DNA from: a virus
Direction: 5' to 3' (one strand)
Length of the DNA stretch: 64,000 nt
IMG/VR virus record: IMGVR_UViG_3300021962_000074
Coordinates: 1 to 64,000 of that record
Shown piece by piece: positions 22,171 to 32,358 of this stretch (its first letter is position 1; every line of letters begins with the position of its first letter). The notes beneath the pieces were generated by a model. It made no database searches, was not told where the DNA came from, and worked only from the letters and a program-made list of their open reading frames with translations. A program made the position numbers and the translations under genes.

Positions 22171-24799
22171 ATGCGTATCCAACAGGTGGTTGGGAATCAA
22201 TTCTATTTGTGAACCCAGTTACTGGCTCTGGATCTCTCACACCACCCATAATAGATGCGTCTCTGCTACCATCTGTTGTTGAACGATTAACAACCGTAGT
22301 ATTGTTGATTGGTTGCAACGCAAATAATTCTCTACCTGTGCCGCCAGTTTGGTATTGTGGTGGCGAGGTATCAGTTGCAGGTAAGTTTGTTGATGGTTTT
22401 GAAGCCATCATTTGTCCACCTGATTCCTTTAATGCAGATCGATAATTCTGCTCAAATCGTTTTTGAGCATCCTTTGTTGATTCCTGTTCTTCTACTCCAC
22501 CAGGAAGTGAGGTCCAAGTTCCTTTGAGAGCTGGTCCTATTTGATCCAATTTACCAGCCTTCAAATCATCATAAAGAGATTTCCCACCTGTATTGTATCT
22601 TTCTTGAGCCAGTAACCATGCAGCCTTATCTTGATTTGCTGGAGAAAAATCATCCAGTCCAGCTTCAGGATAGACTTTTTTTAGTCTATCCCACTCTGTT
22701 TCTGTTATTTGGTATTTTCCTGCTGCAGTCGAGGGTCCGCGAGGGGTGCGCATACCCCTTATTCTAGGATGATCAGAGTAATCATCAAATGTTGCAGGAG
22801 GTTTACCATCTATTAAACCACGTGTTTTGTTGACTTCAAGATCAGCTTTAGTTAATCCTTGCCCAGAACCCTCTCCAACAATTACATCATATCTGCCTCT
22901 ACTTTCTGGTTGCGCTATGGCATCTAATAATGCTGCTCCCTCTGGTGGAATATCCAACAACATATCAGATTTTCCTGGGTATTTTTCAAAATCTCCTTCT
23001 TGTCTTCTACCTCTCCTACCTCCTCTACCACTGGGTCCACCACCATAATTAGAATCAGGTGATCTAGTTCCTTCTGTTTGCCCACCCATACCAAATGGAG
23101 GCAGATCTGCTCCAGTTAGAGGCGATGGAGGTGGTGTTCCTGGTGGTGGAGGTGGTGTTTGACTTCTTAGTTTCAATCCATATTTTCTTACAAGATTAAT
23201 GAATCCTGGAGTTTCATAGGTAAGTTCACCAGCATCATATTGATTCTGATATTTTTCCTTCTCATTTGCATGTTGCCACTGCTCATCTATTGTCATCTTA
23301 GCGAGCATTTCTTTTCTTTCAGCTTCATAATCTGGCTGCGGAGGTGGTGGTGTTTGAGGAGGAGGAGGAGGAGGAACTCCAGCGTTGTATTTTTTTCTGA
23401 TTGCTGCTTTGGCTTGTTCATTTGATGCCAGTTTTTCTGCAACATAACGATCAACAGCTTTCTTTTTGTCTTTATCCCATTGTTGTTTCCCAACCCCGAG
23501 CCCACCGCCCAGATACACATCTGGGGGCGCTAGGGGAATTGGCTCGCCATTATCTTTGGTGCCAACTATCAATATACCTTGTTTATTTCCACTCTCAGCT
23601 ATTTGTTCAGCTTCTTTTCTTAGATCATCTTCACTCTTATCCAACCCTGCTGCTGTCATATCAGCAGCCATTTTTTGAGTATCTGATAGCTGACTGCTAT
23701 CTAATATTTGACCAGTCTTCAAATCTTTATATTTTCCACCGCCAACTGCTTCTAGACCGACATCTTTGAGACCACCAACTCCTGTTCTTGCTGCTTGTTC
23801 TGTAAGAATCTGTTCTGATGTTTTTTGATCAACGTTTGGATCAAATTTTTTCCCAGTAAGATTATCTAATATATCGCCAATCCCCTGAGATAAATTAAAT
23901 TTGTCGTTTAAATAGTCTCCAATTGCATAACCAATAATTCCAGCAAGACCAACACCCATTCCAGCAACACCAAATCTAAATAATTTTGTTATCCAACCAG
24001 CTAATTTGGCTCCCAACGCACCTCCAATAATATCGTCTATCCATGAATCTCCACCAGAACCTTTCTCAGTTTTCCCAGAAAGTTTATTGATCATGTCAAT
24101 AACTTCATCGAATCTTGCATTCATTTCTTTACGAAGTCTTGCAATCGGATCAGTATCTTCTCCTGGATCAACGAATGAAGTTGGATCGCTGAGATCAACA
24201 CCAGCTGCTAATGCAACCTTTTCTTGATTGCTTTCAATCTTTTGGAATTTACCTTCAAATTGTTTCAAGACTCCAGCAGTGACCTTTCCGATTGCAGATT
24301 GTTCTAAATCTTTACCCATAGCAGAGGTAAATTTACCACCTTCCTCAGCTCTACGGAACTGTTGTCCAGCTGGACCAAGTGGATCATACATAACACGCTT
24401 TAATTCGCCAGTCTCACTGCTCTTTGCATTAAAAAACTTTGGTGATAATCTTTCCTTGATGAAGTCCACATCACCTTGTATTGACTGTAATAATTTGAGT
24501 ATTGTTACTTGAAGTCTGTCACCTGCTGCTGGACCTTCTTTCTTGGGTCCTTCCTTCTTTTCTTCATTTTTTTGTTGTGCTGCTTTTTGTGCGGCTTCTT
24601 GTTTTTCCTTTTCCATTTCTTTATTTCGAACATACTGATCAATCTTATCACCTAACCATGTGTATGCTGGAGCATTGAAAATATTCCCAGCAATACGCAA
24701 CAATCCACCAGTTTTGGTTGGCTTGAACTCTTTCTTCTTTCTTTCTCGAAGAGCCTTTTCTATTGCTTTTTGTAGATCTTTCTCAGCTGTTAATGCCAT
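22169..24799 (-). CDS. tape-measure/baseplate hub-like protein with lambda-type lysozyme domain
   Basis: Helical, TM-like Gly-rich segment, poly-Pro; LLDAIA..ES...DHPR...STAAGKYQI...DFSPANQD; follows gp26/gp51. Confidence 0.75.
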   Translation of the reverse strand: MALTAEKDLQKAIEKALRERKKKEFKPTKTGGLLRIAGNIFNAPAYTWLGDKIDQYVRNKEMEKEKQEAAQKAAQQKNEEKKEGPKKEGPAAGDRLQVTILKLLQSIQGDVDFIKERLSPKFFNAKSSETGELKRVMYDPLGPAGQQFRRAEEGGKFTSAMGKDLEQSAIGKVTAGVLKQFEGKFQKIESNQEKVALAAGVDLSDPTSFVDPGEDTDPIARLRKEMNARFDEVIDMINKLSGKTEKGSGGDSWIDDIIGGALGAKLAGWITKLFRFGVAGMGVGLAGIIGYAIGDYLNDKFNLSQGIGDILDNLTGKKFDPNVDQKTSEQILTEQAARTGVGGLKDVGLEAVGGGKYKDLKTGQILDSSQLSDTQKMAADMTAAGLDKSEDDLRKEAEQIAESGNKQGILIVGTKDNGEPIPLAPPDVYLGGGLGVGKQQWDKDKKKAVDRYVAEKLASNEQAKAAIRKKYNAGVPPPPPPQTPPPPQPDYEAERKEMLAKMTIDEQWQHANEKEKYQNQYDAGELTYETPGFINLVRKYGLKLRSQTPPPPPGTPPPSPLTGADLPPFGMGGQTEGTRSPDSNYGGGPSGRGGRRGRRQEGDFEKYPGKSDMLLDIPPEGAALLDAIAQPESRGRYDVIVGEGSGQGLTKADLEVNKTRGLIDGKPPATFDDYSDHPRIRGMRTPRGPSTAAGKYQITETEWDRLKKVYPEAGLDDFSPANQDKAAWLLAQERYNTGGKSLYDDLKAGKLDQIGPALKGTWTSLPGGVEEQESTKDAQKRFEQNYRSALKESGGQMMASKPSTNLPATDTSPPQYQTGGTGRELFALQPINNTTVVNRSTTDGSRDASIMGGVRDPEPVTGFTNRIDSQPPVGYA

Positions 24800-25006
24800 T
24801 TACTTTCTTCTTTTGGTTTGTTGCTCTAATCGAATACGCTCATTTTCAGCCTTGATGTGATTAATCAACATCGTGACATAAACTTGCCTCTCCCACGAAA
24901 TCATATTTTCCAATTCAGTGAGGGAATACTTATGATGTTGCATTAATGAAAAATTCGTATCTAAAAAGTTCGCTAAATTATCATGACCAAGAATTAGGTA
25001 AAAAAA
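24800..25006 (-). CDS. 51: gp51-like baseplate hub assembly segment (frameshift extension of gp26; internal ATG at 24943)
   Basis: HDNLANFLDTNFSLMQHHKYSLTELENMISWERQVYV; open from the T7 slippery run; not in ORF track. Confidence 0.8.
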   Translation of the reverse strand, partial: FFYLILGHDNLANFLDTNFSLMQHHKYSLTELENMISWERQVYVTMLINHIKAENERIRLEQQTKRRK

Positions 25007-25719
25007 CTGTAGAGATTATCAGCCTCCACCTCATGTTCGAATCCACATTTTTTACAAACAATTGTATCCTTCAACACTACCTTTGGCGTAGTTGCGAAAA
25101 ATACTTGAATTTTGTCAAGCTGCTCAGCTGTAAGATTTTCCACAAATTCGATAACAGCAGCTGCACCCAGATCCTCAGCCTTATATACCGATTCAGGATC
25201 ATAAATTGAATCTATGTTTTGGGCTATAAATTGTAATGCAGCGTCATAAGCATCAGCTTCTTTGATAATACTTGCACTTGCAATGGTAGGATATTTCAAT
25301 TTAATACCCACCTCATCGGTAATTTTGACTGTGGAACTATGCCCATCAGCCAACACATATTGAACATTATCTAAGTTGAGCATATATGGATTATCAGTGT
25401 CGCAAGGATTTCCCTCATCATTCTTATGCTTACAATTATAAATTAACTTTGCATTCTCACCAATTGATCTAGCGCGAAGATTGATGAATATCATCTCAAT
25501 GTCGAACAATGGTAGTTTTTCAACGTCAATGTTCTCGTCAAGAATGCAGTTATTAATTACCTGCATCACTGTGCGTTTGATCTCATCATTGTCTTTGGAT
25601 TCTCTAGCCATCAGAAGTAATTTTTCCTCTTTGACTAGAAATGGACGAAATCGAACTTTACGATCTAGTGATTTCAAATAGATCTCATAAATCGGATGTT
25701 GTATCTTTGGTAAAGCCAT
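24994..25719 (-). CDS. 26: baseplate hub subunit/chaperone gp26
   Basis: MALPKI.HP.YE...RFRPFLVKEEKLLLMA, FDIE.IF.NLRARSIGE, CxxC, SFF end. Confidence 0.9.
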   Translation of the reverse strand: MALPKIQHPIYEIYLKSLDRKVRFRPFLVKEEKLLLMARESKDNDEIKRTVMQVINNCILDENIDVEKLPLFDIEMIFINLRARSIGENAKLIYNCKHKNDEGNPCDTDNPYMLNLDNVQYVLADGHSSTVKITDEVGIKLKYPTIASASIIKEADAYDAALQFIAQNIDSIYDPESVYKAEDLGAAAVIEFVENLTAEQLDKIQVFFATTPKVVLKDTIVCKKCGFEHEVEADNLYSFFT

Positions 25720-25737
25720 AACATTTCACCTCAATTT

Positions 25738-26889
25738 TTAAATGGTCTCAGGACTATATCCTATAGGATTATTATTAACATTAGGAACTGGTGGTTCAGT
25801 GACAGGGGGAATATCAAAACTTTCTACTGGTATAGTGGCTGGCGGATCAATAGTTATACCAGGATCATTTTCAACTTGAATAGGCTCAGTTGTTCCTGGG
25901 GGGTTTAATCTTTGCGCCTCTCTAAATGCCGCTTGGCTGCGCGATAATTTATTGTATCTTTCTCTGGTTAGTGCATTTGTTTCTGCAAGTCTAATTTGTA
26001 AGGCTGTTTCAACAGGACCGCCATCATAGAATGTTGCAAATTGCCCCGCTCCACCGTTAGGGTAAGAAACATCGATGCCAACACATGCGCAATCTAATAA
26101 CGCTGGTATCTTATTATTCAGCACGCCACCAAAATAAAATTCAACTTTCCAAATTGCTGGGATTCCCACCAAACGCGCACCAAAATCTGTATCACCGCTC
26201 GGTAAAGAATAATATTGAAAACAGTCAATAATGCTTCTTATACTATCTGATTCTTTTTTAGTTTTAGGTACAAACCTAAAATCAAAAACATATTGTCTTG
26301 GAGTTGTTGAATTAAATAATAGTTCATATCTAGGATTAACAGCCACATTTTGACCAGATAAAGCAAACCTGACTGCTTCTTTTGAATCAAGTCCAAACAA
26401 ACCACTCCCAGTAGCAAGTGCTCTAGTTAAAGCGGCTTTGGCGTCTTTAGGCGTGCCTTTCACATCAAATATGTCTCCGCTAAAGCCTAAATCCCTAGCC
26501 ATATTATTCAGTCCACCTTTGAGAGCATCTCCAATCCCTTCTCCCGCACCAGCAGCAACATCATAGTTTCCTAACAGTTCAGCAAAACTTCCATTTGACC
26601 AGTCATGTTGTTGCGTGAACGCAAGTCCATCTGGAATGTACAAGTATATTTCATCTCCAACTGGCGATCCAGTTGAACCTTGGTACATAGTATAACTACT
26701 ATATTCATATGGAGTGAATTTCATCATATGAGGATATCGGTCACCACCAACATTTTCTGGAAATTTAAGTACGTTTGCACCACTTCCAAATTTAGCACTA
26801 AACAACTCTCTAGTTTGCGATGGTCCAGCAGCTTTATTGGTCAAATAATCTGCTGCTTTATTTAATAATGTTTGCGTTAAACCAGCCAT
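25738..26889 (-). CDS. 48: baseplate tail-tube cap gp48
   Basis: IYLYIP...VNPRYELLF....RQYVFDFRFVPK...ES..I..I. Confidence 0.8.
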   Translation of the reverse strand: MAGLTQTLLNKAADYLTNKAAGPSQTRELFSAKFGSGANVLKFPENVGGDRYPHMMKFTPYEYSSYTMYQGSTGSPVGDEIYLYIPDGLAFTQQHDWSNGSFAELLGNYDVAAGAGEGIGDALKGGLNNMARDLGFSGDIFDVKGTPKDAKAALTRALATGSGLFGLDSKEAVRFALSGQNVAVNPRYELLFNSTTPRQYVFDFRFVPKTKKESDSIRSIIDCFQYYSLPSGDTDFGARLVGIPAIWKVEFYFGGVLNNKIPALLDCACVGIDVSYPNGGAGQFATFYDGGPVETALQIRLAETNALTRERYNKLSRSQAAFREAQRLNPPGTTEPIQVENDPGITIDPPATIPVESFDIPPVTEPPVPNVNNNPIGYSPETI

Positions 26890-26907
26890 TATGATTCCTA
26901 AAAGGTG

Positions 26908-26921
26908 ACTAAATATTTATA
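26908..26921. promoter_or_regulatory. overlapping bidirectional late promoter
   Basis: ACTAAATATTTATA = TAAATA (+) and TATAAATA (-). Confidence 0.75.
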
Positions 26922-27346
26922 TGGCATATTCAGGACGATTTTCACCAAAGAATCCCAAGAAGTATCTTGGAGATCCTACCAATGTATGGTATCGCAGCCT
27001 ATGGGAGCGACGAGTCATGGTACATTTGGATTCCAATGGTGATGTCCTGCAGTGGTCAAGTGAAGAAATTGTTATACCTTATTTATCTCCAATTGACCAG
27101 CGTTACCATCGTTATTTTCCTGATTTCTATGTACGAACTAAGAGCGGATCAATGGTATTGGAAGTGAAACCTCTGAGTCAGTCAGTGGCTCCAAAGGCTC
27201 GAAAGAGAGTGACTCATCAGTACATCAACGAAGTCATGACTTATGGTGTAAATCAGGCTAAATGGAAGGCTGCTGAGGAATATTGTAAAGATCGAAACTG
27301 GAAGTTCAAGGTGGTTACTGAGAAAGAACTATTCGGGAAGAAATAA
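26921..27346 (+). CDS. 4: head completion nuclease gp4
   Basis: MAYSGRF.PKNP.KY.GDP...YRSLWER, WSSEE, RYFPDF, EVKP, NQAKW. Confidence 0.95.
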   Translation: MAYSGRFSPKNPKKYLGDPTNVWYRSLWERRVMVHLDSNGDVLQWSSEEIVIPYLSPIDQRYHRYFPDFYVRTKSGSMVLEVKPLSQSVAPKARKRVTHQYINEVMTYGVNQAKWKAAEEYCKDRNWKFKVVTEKELFGKK

Positions 27347-27894
27347 TGCCATCACTATACGATAAGTTCAAGAAAGAAATGACCTCCGCTGGCATCAAGC
27401 CAAGGACTGGTCAAGCCAGAACTTGGCTACAGAGCAAGATTGCTCAGCTGCGTATTCCATCCAGCCGCGCAAACCTACTCAATGATCCTAGTCGCGGAGG
27501 TGGTCTGGCTGTAATCGGCAAGATGTACTTCTTCAGTTATGATCCAAAGTACAAAGAGACCCTTCCAGTCTATGATCGATTCCCTCTGGTTCTTCCGATG
27601 GAACTCTATGGAGATGGATTCCTTGGTATGAATCTGCATTATCTTGATCCATATAGTCGTTTGGCTCTACTGGATCAATTACAAGACTTCATAAACAACG
27701 ATAAATACAATGATACAACTAGATTCAAGTTATCATATAAGACGCTGGCTGCATCTAGAAGATATAGTTTATTTGAACGATGCGTAAAGAGATACTTATT
27801 CAGTCACATTATGTCTCCGATGATTTATATAGAGCCAGATAGTTGGGAAACCGCTATCTTCTTACCAACTGAAAAAATGGTGTATAACAACTAA
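27346..27894 (+). CDS. 2: DNA end protector gp2
   Basis: GKMYFF.YDPK.KETLP.YDRFPL, GMNLHYL, KRYL. Confidence 0.93.
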   Translation: MPSLYDKFKKEMTSAGIKPRTGQARTWLQSKIAQLRIPSSRANLLNDPSRGGGLAVIGKMYFFSYDPKYKETLPVYDRFPLVLPMELYGDGFLGMNLHYLDPYSRLALLDQLQDFINNDKYNDTTRFKLSYKTLAASRRYSLFERCVKRYLFSHIMSPMIYIEPDSWETAIFLPTEKMVYNN

Positions 27895-28586
27895 TGGCAT
27901 TTGTACCTCAAGCATTTTTAGCAAATTATGCAGTTCATGGAGATTTTTCTAAAGTCTCAAAATTTGCTGCATATATCTTCCCACCAAAAAATTTAGAAAG
28001 CGGTGGATTATTTGGTGGATTATTACCTTTACCATCCTTTTTAAATGCTGCCAGTCTTTCGTTTCAATGCGAGGCTGCTGAATTACCAGGATATAACATC
28101 AACACCATAGAAGGTAAAGTTTATGGTGCAGCATATCACGTAGCGGCGACACCAGTGTTTAATGAATTAAACCTCACCTTTATCTGCGCTGGAGATTTAT
28201 GGGAAAAGAAATTTTTTGATGATTGGATGGATTTAGTTTTACCAAAAAAGACAAGTGGTAGAACTGGGTATCTGGCATCGTTTTTTAAAGATTATTCATC
28301 TTCAATAAGAGTTGTACAATTCACAGAAGTCGGCATACCAGCATATACAGTTCAATTTGAACAAGCCTACCCATACACAATGCAACCAATGCAAACAAAT
28401 TGGGCTGATGATGGTATTCATAGACTGTCAGTTGGATTTAGATACACTGAGTGGGAACGCAAGAGTTTGGTCGGAGAACTGCTTGGTAAAATTTCTGATA
28501 TGATTCCAGCTCCACGCACAGGCACTGTTGATGTTGGACCATTAACCCAAACTCCTGAGCAACGCGCAACCCAAATCCGCGGTTAG
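27894..28586 (+). CDS. 54: tail tube initiator gp54 (gp19-fold)
   Basis: CEAAELPG, LTF...EKKFFDDW, AYP, L.V.FRY. Confidence 0.75.
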   Translation: MAFVPQAFLANYAVHGDFSKVSKFAAYIFPPKNLESGGLFGGLLPLPSFLNAASLSFQCEAAELPGYNINTIEGKVYGAAYHVAATPVFNELNLTFICAGDLWEKKFFDDWMDLVLPKKTSGRTGYLASFFKDYSSSIRVVQFTEVGIPAYTVQFEQAYPYTMQPMQTNWADDGIHRLSVGFRYTEWERKSLVGELLGKISDMIPAPRTGTVDVGPLTQTPEQRATQIRG

Positions 28587-28596
28587 GTATAATGTA

Positions 28597-29265
28597 ATGC
28601 AAAAATATTTCGAACCATTTAAAAAAATTCCATATACTTTTGATTCCAGAGGATTGAATAAAGTTGCTGTAGTCAACATATTTCAACGCTCCGCATTTTT
28701 AAAATCTTTATATGAGAACATCGATGTTTTCTACGACTATTCTTTAAAAGATAGCGACAATTTCGAAATAGTAGCAACAAATTATTATGGAGATGCCCAA
28801 TATCATTGGATAATAATGTTATTCAATAACATAGTAGATCCATATTATTCTTTACCTCTATCAAGAGAAAGATTAGACCAGTACATAATCAAAAAGTATG
28901 GATTGGTAAATGCGAGTGCACTCCATCATTACGAATTGAGAACTGTTATAGAAGAAAGCGTTAACAATACATTAATTAATAAGTCAGTGTATGTTCGCGA
29001 AGTGTCTAATCAAGAAGTTAATCATGATACTGGTAGTATATCAAACAGAACATCGTTACCATCAGTTGGACAAACGATTGAATTGGAAAACAAGGTTGTG
29101 GTTATAGATTCTGCAACATTGCGCGTCATTGATTCAATTACAGGTATTTCAAATTATCGCTATGAGTACATAGAAAATGAGAAGAAAAGGAATATTAAGT
29201 TGATTAGAAAAGAACTTATTCCAGGTATAGAAACTGAGTTCAGAAGATTAATGACAGCTGGATAA
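28597..29265 (+). CDS. 53: baseplate wedge gp53
   Basis: YF..F..IPY; EIVA.NYYGD..YHWII...NNI.DPY; YE..ENE.KRNIKL. Confidence 0.9.
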   Translation: MQKYFEPFKKIPYTFDSRGLNKVAVVNIFQRSAFLKSLYENIDVFYDYSLKDSDNFEIVATNYYGDAQYHWIIMLFNNIVDPYYSLPLSRERLDQYIIKKYGLVNASALHHYELRTVIEESVNNTLINKSVYVREVSNQEVNHDTGSISNRTSLPSVGQTIELENKVVVIDSATLRVIDSITGISNYRYEYIENEKKRNIKLIRKELIPGIETEFRRLMTAG

Positions 29266-29271
29266 TACATT

Positions 29272-30759
29272 ATGGCTGTTTATCAAAAAAATCCTGCAGT
29301 AGTCTATACAAATTATAGAATACAAAGTTTTTCTATCTTGACAACTAATGGTCAACCTATAGATCTATCGGCTCAGGCTGTCAATTTAAGTATATTTTTT
29401 GATATATTCGTATCAACATCGTCTGGCACCATAACATTTATTGATGGTAATGATATAATTGCTGGATATGTTGATAGATTGACTGGATCCAGAGCCTCTC
29501 CTATTTGCGGATTAGAAGATCTAATTATCACATTCAGTGTGTTGGTCGACAACAAAGAAGAAACTTTTGATAAAAATTATAGAATTAATAAAGTCTATAA
29601 CAGATCTCCATCTAGAAACGGTGCCAGTGTATATGAAATACACTTTGTGTCTAGTCCAAAAATAAGATCTCTAACTTCAAAAGTCAATAAGTCATATAAA
29701 GGTATTGCTAATCATGACATCGTGGCGGAAATTTGCAGAGACCATTTACTGATAGAAGATGTAGAAATTGATCAAACTACTGGCATATATGATCATATAA
29801 TTCCCAATCTAAGACCATTACAGGCTATATCTTGGATTGCATCTAAATCTTACTCAAGTAGTCCATACAGCACCAGTTTTTTCTTTTTTGAAACTGTAGA
29901 TGGGTTCAAGTTTAAATCGTTACAAAATTTGTATCAGCAAGAACCAAAATATTCGAACCCATATACATTTGGTAGTAAACTGATGAATGATCCCACAGAT
30001 GATTCCAGAAATCCAGAATTTGAAATATTAGACTTCAATTTTCAAGAATTTGATATGCAAAATGCATTTGTGGCTGGTGGAATTTCTTCTAAGATGTTGG
30101 CTGTGGATATATTCAATCAATCCACAAATGTGTACGAAGAAAGTTTTGATAAGAACATAGGTAGCAGTTTAAATAAAAACCTTCCGTTCTATGACCCAAG
30201 ATCTAAATGGTCTGAAAAGTATGATACATATTTCTTAACAGCCAGTGAAATTAAAGATCAGAGCACAGCTGTAGATAATGATGTGCAATATGTTTTAAAT
30301 AGAACGCAGGCTATGGCTATGATTAGGCACTATACAATGAAATTTCAAGTTGCTGGAAACTGGTCATTATCTCCAGGAGACATAATTGAAATTGATTATT
30401 ATAGATTTAAAGTTCCAGAACATAAAGCCACATCAATTGAGAAAAATAATTTTAGAAACGGCAAATTTTTGGTGACAGCGGTGAATCATACTTTACGAGG
30501 TAAGAGTATGGTTACAACAGTTGAGGTTGCATCAGATTCTCTAGCGTCTGCGTTGTCTCAGAGACAAGGAGGCGATGCATATGGCGGTGGTGATGTTCCT
30601 CCAATATTAGGTGATGAAGAAATGGAAGCATTGGCACCTATAACAATTGCGGAACCAAATTCAATACCTGTAGATATACCGACAATTCCTAGTGATTCTG
30701 TTGATATAACAGGACCAGCAGATATACCTGTTACTGGTATACCAGATTTTGGTGGCTAA
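29272..30759 (+). CDS. baseplate hub gp27-like protein
   Basis: IPNLRP..AI.W, FFFFET.DGF.FKS, GKFLVTAVNH; precedes gp5. Confidence 0.7.
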   Translation: MAVYQKNPAVVYTNYRIQSFSILTTNGQPIDLSAQAVNLSIFFDIFVSTSSGTITFIDGNDIIAGYVDRLTGSRASPICGLEDLIITFSVLVDNKEETFDKNYRINKVYNRSPSRNGASVYEIHFVSSPKIRSLTSKVNKSYKGIANHDIVAEICRDHLLIEDVEIDQTTGIYDHIIPNLRPLQAISWIASKSYSSSPYSTSFFFFETVDGFKFKSLQNLYQQEPKYSNPYTFGSKLMNDPTDDSRNPEFEILDFNFQEFDMQNAFVAGGISSKMLAVDIFNQSTNVYEESFDKNIGSSLNKNLPFYDPRSKWSEKYDTYFLTASEIKDQSTAVDNDVQYVLNRTQAMAMIRHYTMKFQVAGNWSLSPGDIIEIDYYRFKVPEHKATSIEKNNFRNGKFLVTAVNHTLRGKSMVTTVEVASDSLASALSQRQGGDAYGGGDVPPILGDEEMEALAPITIAEPNSIPVDIPTIPSDSVDITGPADIPVTGIPDFGG

Positions 30760-30762
30760 CCT

Positions 30763-32352
30763 ATGTCAAATCCAATGAAAAATTTTATGGGTTTAGAAGG
30801 ATTCGTCTGGTTCGTGGGCGTTGTGGAAGATCGCATGGATCCAGAGAAACTAAATCGAGTCCGTGTGCGATGCTATGGCTTCCACAGCGATGATAAGTCA
30901 GACATTCCAACGGAAGATCTACCATGGGCTTCTTGTATTGTTACACCAACCAACCCAGCGGCATATTCACCAAAAGAAGGTGATTGGGTAGTTGGATTTT
31001 TTATGGATGCATATGATGCTCAGCAGCCAGTCATCATGGGTGTTCTTCCTGGTAAACCAAAAACAAGACCACCAAGCGATAAAGGATTTTCAGATCCAAA
31101 CGGTAAGTATCCAGAATATTTGAGTGAGCCAACCACCACTCGATTGGCTCGCGGCGACACACGTGGAACAGTAATCGAAACTAGAAAGAAACAAAGAAAA
31201 ACTGGCGTCCGATCAACTAAGATTGGTGGTCGAAATTGGAATGAACCAGCACCAGAATATGGTGCAAAGTATCCCTATAACTACGCGCATGAAACAGAAT
31301 CGGGTCATGCGTTTGAATTGGATGATACCAAGGGGAAAGAGCGAGTTCATTTAGCACACAAGATAGGAACAGCCACTGAATTTACTTCCAAAGGTGATAG
31401 AGTAGATCATATAGTCAAGGATCGATACTCTGTAGTGATGGGCAGCGACTTTATGTATGTGAAAGGATCTTGCTCAATTACTGTCGATGGTGATTGCAAT
31501 ATGAAGATTGGTGGTAAATGGAATGTAGAAGCCGCTGAAATCAATATCTGCGCACAAGGTCATGTAAAGATAAAAGGTGGCTCAAAGACTCAAATTGAAG
31601 CTGGTGGCGCAATGGACTTGAAGGCTGGCGGCGCAATGAAAGTTGGTGGTGGTGGTAAAGCCAGCTTCGGTGGTTCAAAAGCAGTTATATATGGAGCAAA
31701 GATTGATTTGGCAGGTGCGATAAACAATATTCCTGGAGGATCTCCAAGTACACCATCGGGGACAGGATTATCTGCTGGTGGAGCCAGCGGGTTTGTTCAA
31801 GGAGCTGCAATCGGAACGCCAGAATGGCGTGATGCGCTAGGAAAAGGTTTGATTGATATAGCAGGAAATCCTATTCCTGGAATAACTGGCGGATTGTCTG
31901 GCATAGATCTTGGTGGGTTGACTGGAGATTTGGCGGGACAGCTAGGTCAATCGCAATTTGCGTCATTGACAAAACAAGTTGCAGGAATAACTTCATCGAT
32001 CAATCAATCAATTGGACAAGCACAAAATTTAATTAATCAAGGAAACAATCTGTTAAACCAAAACTTGGCAATTGGACAGTTAGAAAATGGATTACAAACT
32101 GTTGAGGCTGGTCTGAATAATCTATCAGGCGATCTGCAGAATGCTACTGTAGCACAGTTTAAGTCTATACAAGATCAAACAACTCAGTTGGTGCAATCTG
32201 CTGCAGACCAAGGGGTTACAATTAACTTAGATCCTATTAATAGTGTCAATCTGGCTGGTCCAGTCGATCCAAATCAGTATGTAGCAAATATCGGCAAGCA
32301 ACTGTATCCAAAAACTGAGACAGTTCCTGTACCAACAGCAAATACGGGGTAA
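30763..32352 (+). CDS. 5: baseplate hub/spike gp5 (no lysozyme domain)
   Basis: WFVGVVEDRMDP...RVRVR, LPWA, YPYN..ETESGH.FELDDT, beta-helix repeats. Confidence 0.92.
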   Translation: MSNPMKNFMGLEGFVWFVGVVEDRMDPEKLNRVRVRCYGFHSDDKSDIPTEDLPWASCIVTPTNPAAYSPKEGDWVVGFFMDAYDAQQPVIMGVLPGKPKTRPPSDKGFSDPNGKYPEYLSEPTTTRLARGDTRGTVIETRKKQRKTGVRSTKIGGRNWNEPAPEYGAKYPYNYAHETESGHAFELDDTKGKERVHLAHKIGTATEFTSKGDRVDHIVKDRYSVVMGSDFMYVKGSCSITVDGDCNMKIGGKWNVEAAEINICAQGHVKIKGGSKTQIEAGGAMDLKAGGAMKVGGGGKASFGGSKAVIYGAKIDLAGAINNIPGGSPSTPSGTGLSAGGASGFVQGAAIGTPEWRDALGKGLIDIAGNPIPGITGGLSGIDLGGLTGDLAGQLGQSQFASLTKQVAGITSSINQSIGQAQNLINQGNNLLNQNLAIGQLENGLQTVEAGLNNLSGDLQNATVAQFKSIQDQTTQLVQSAADQGVTINLDPINSVNLAGPVDPNQYVANIGKQLYPKTETVPVPTANTG

Positions 32353-32358
32353 TACATT

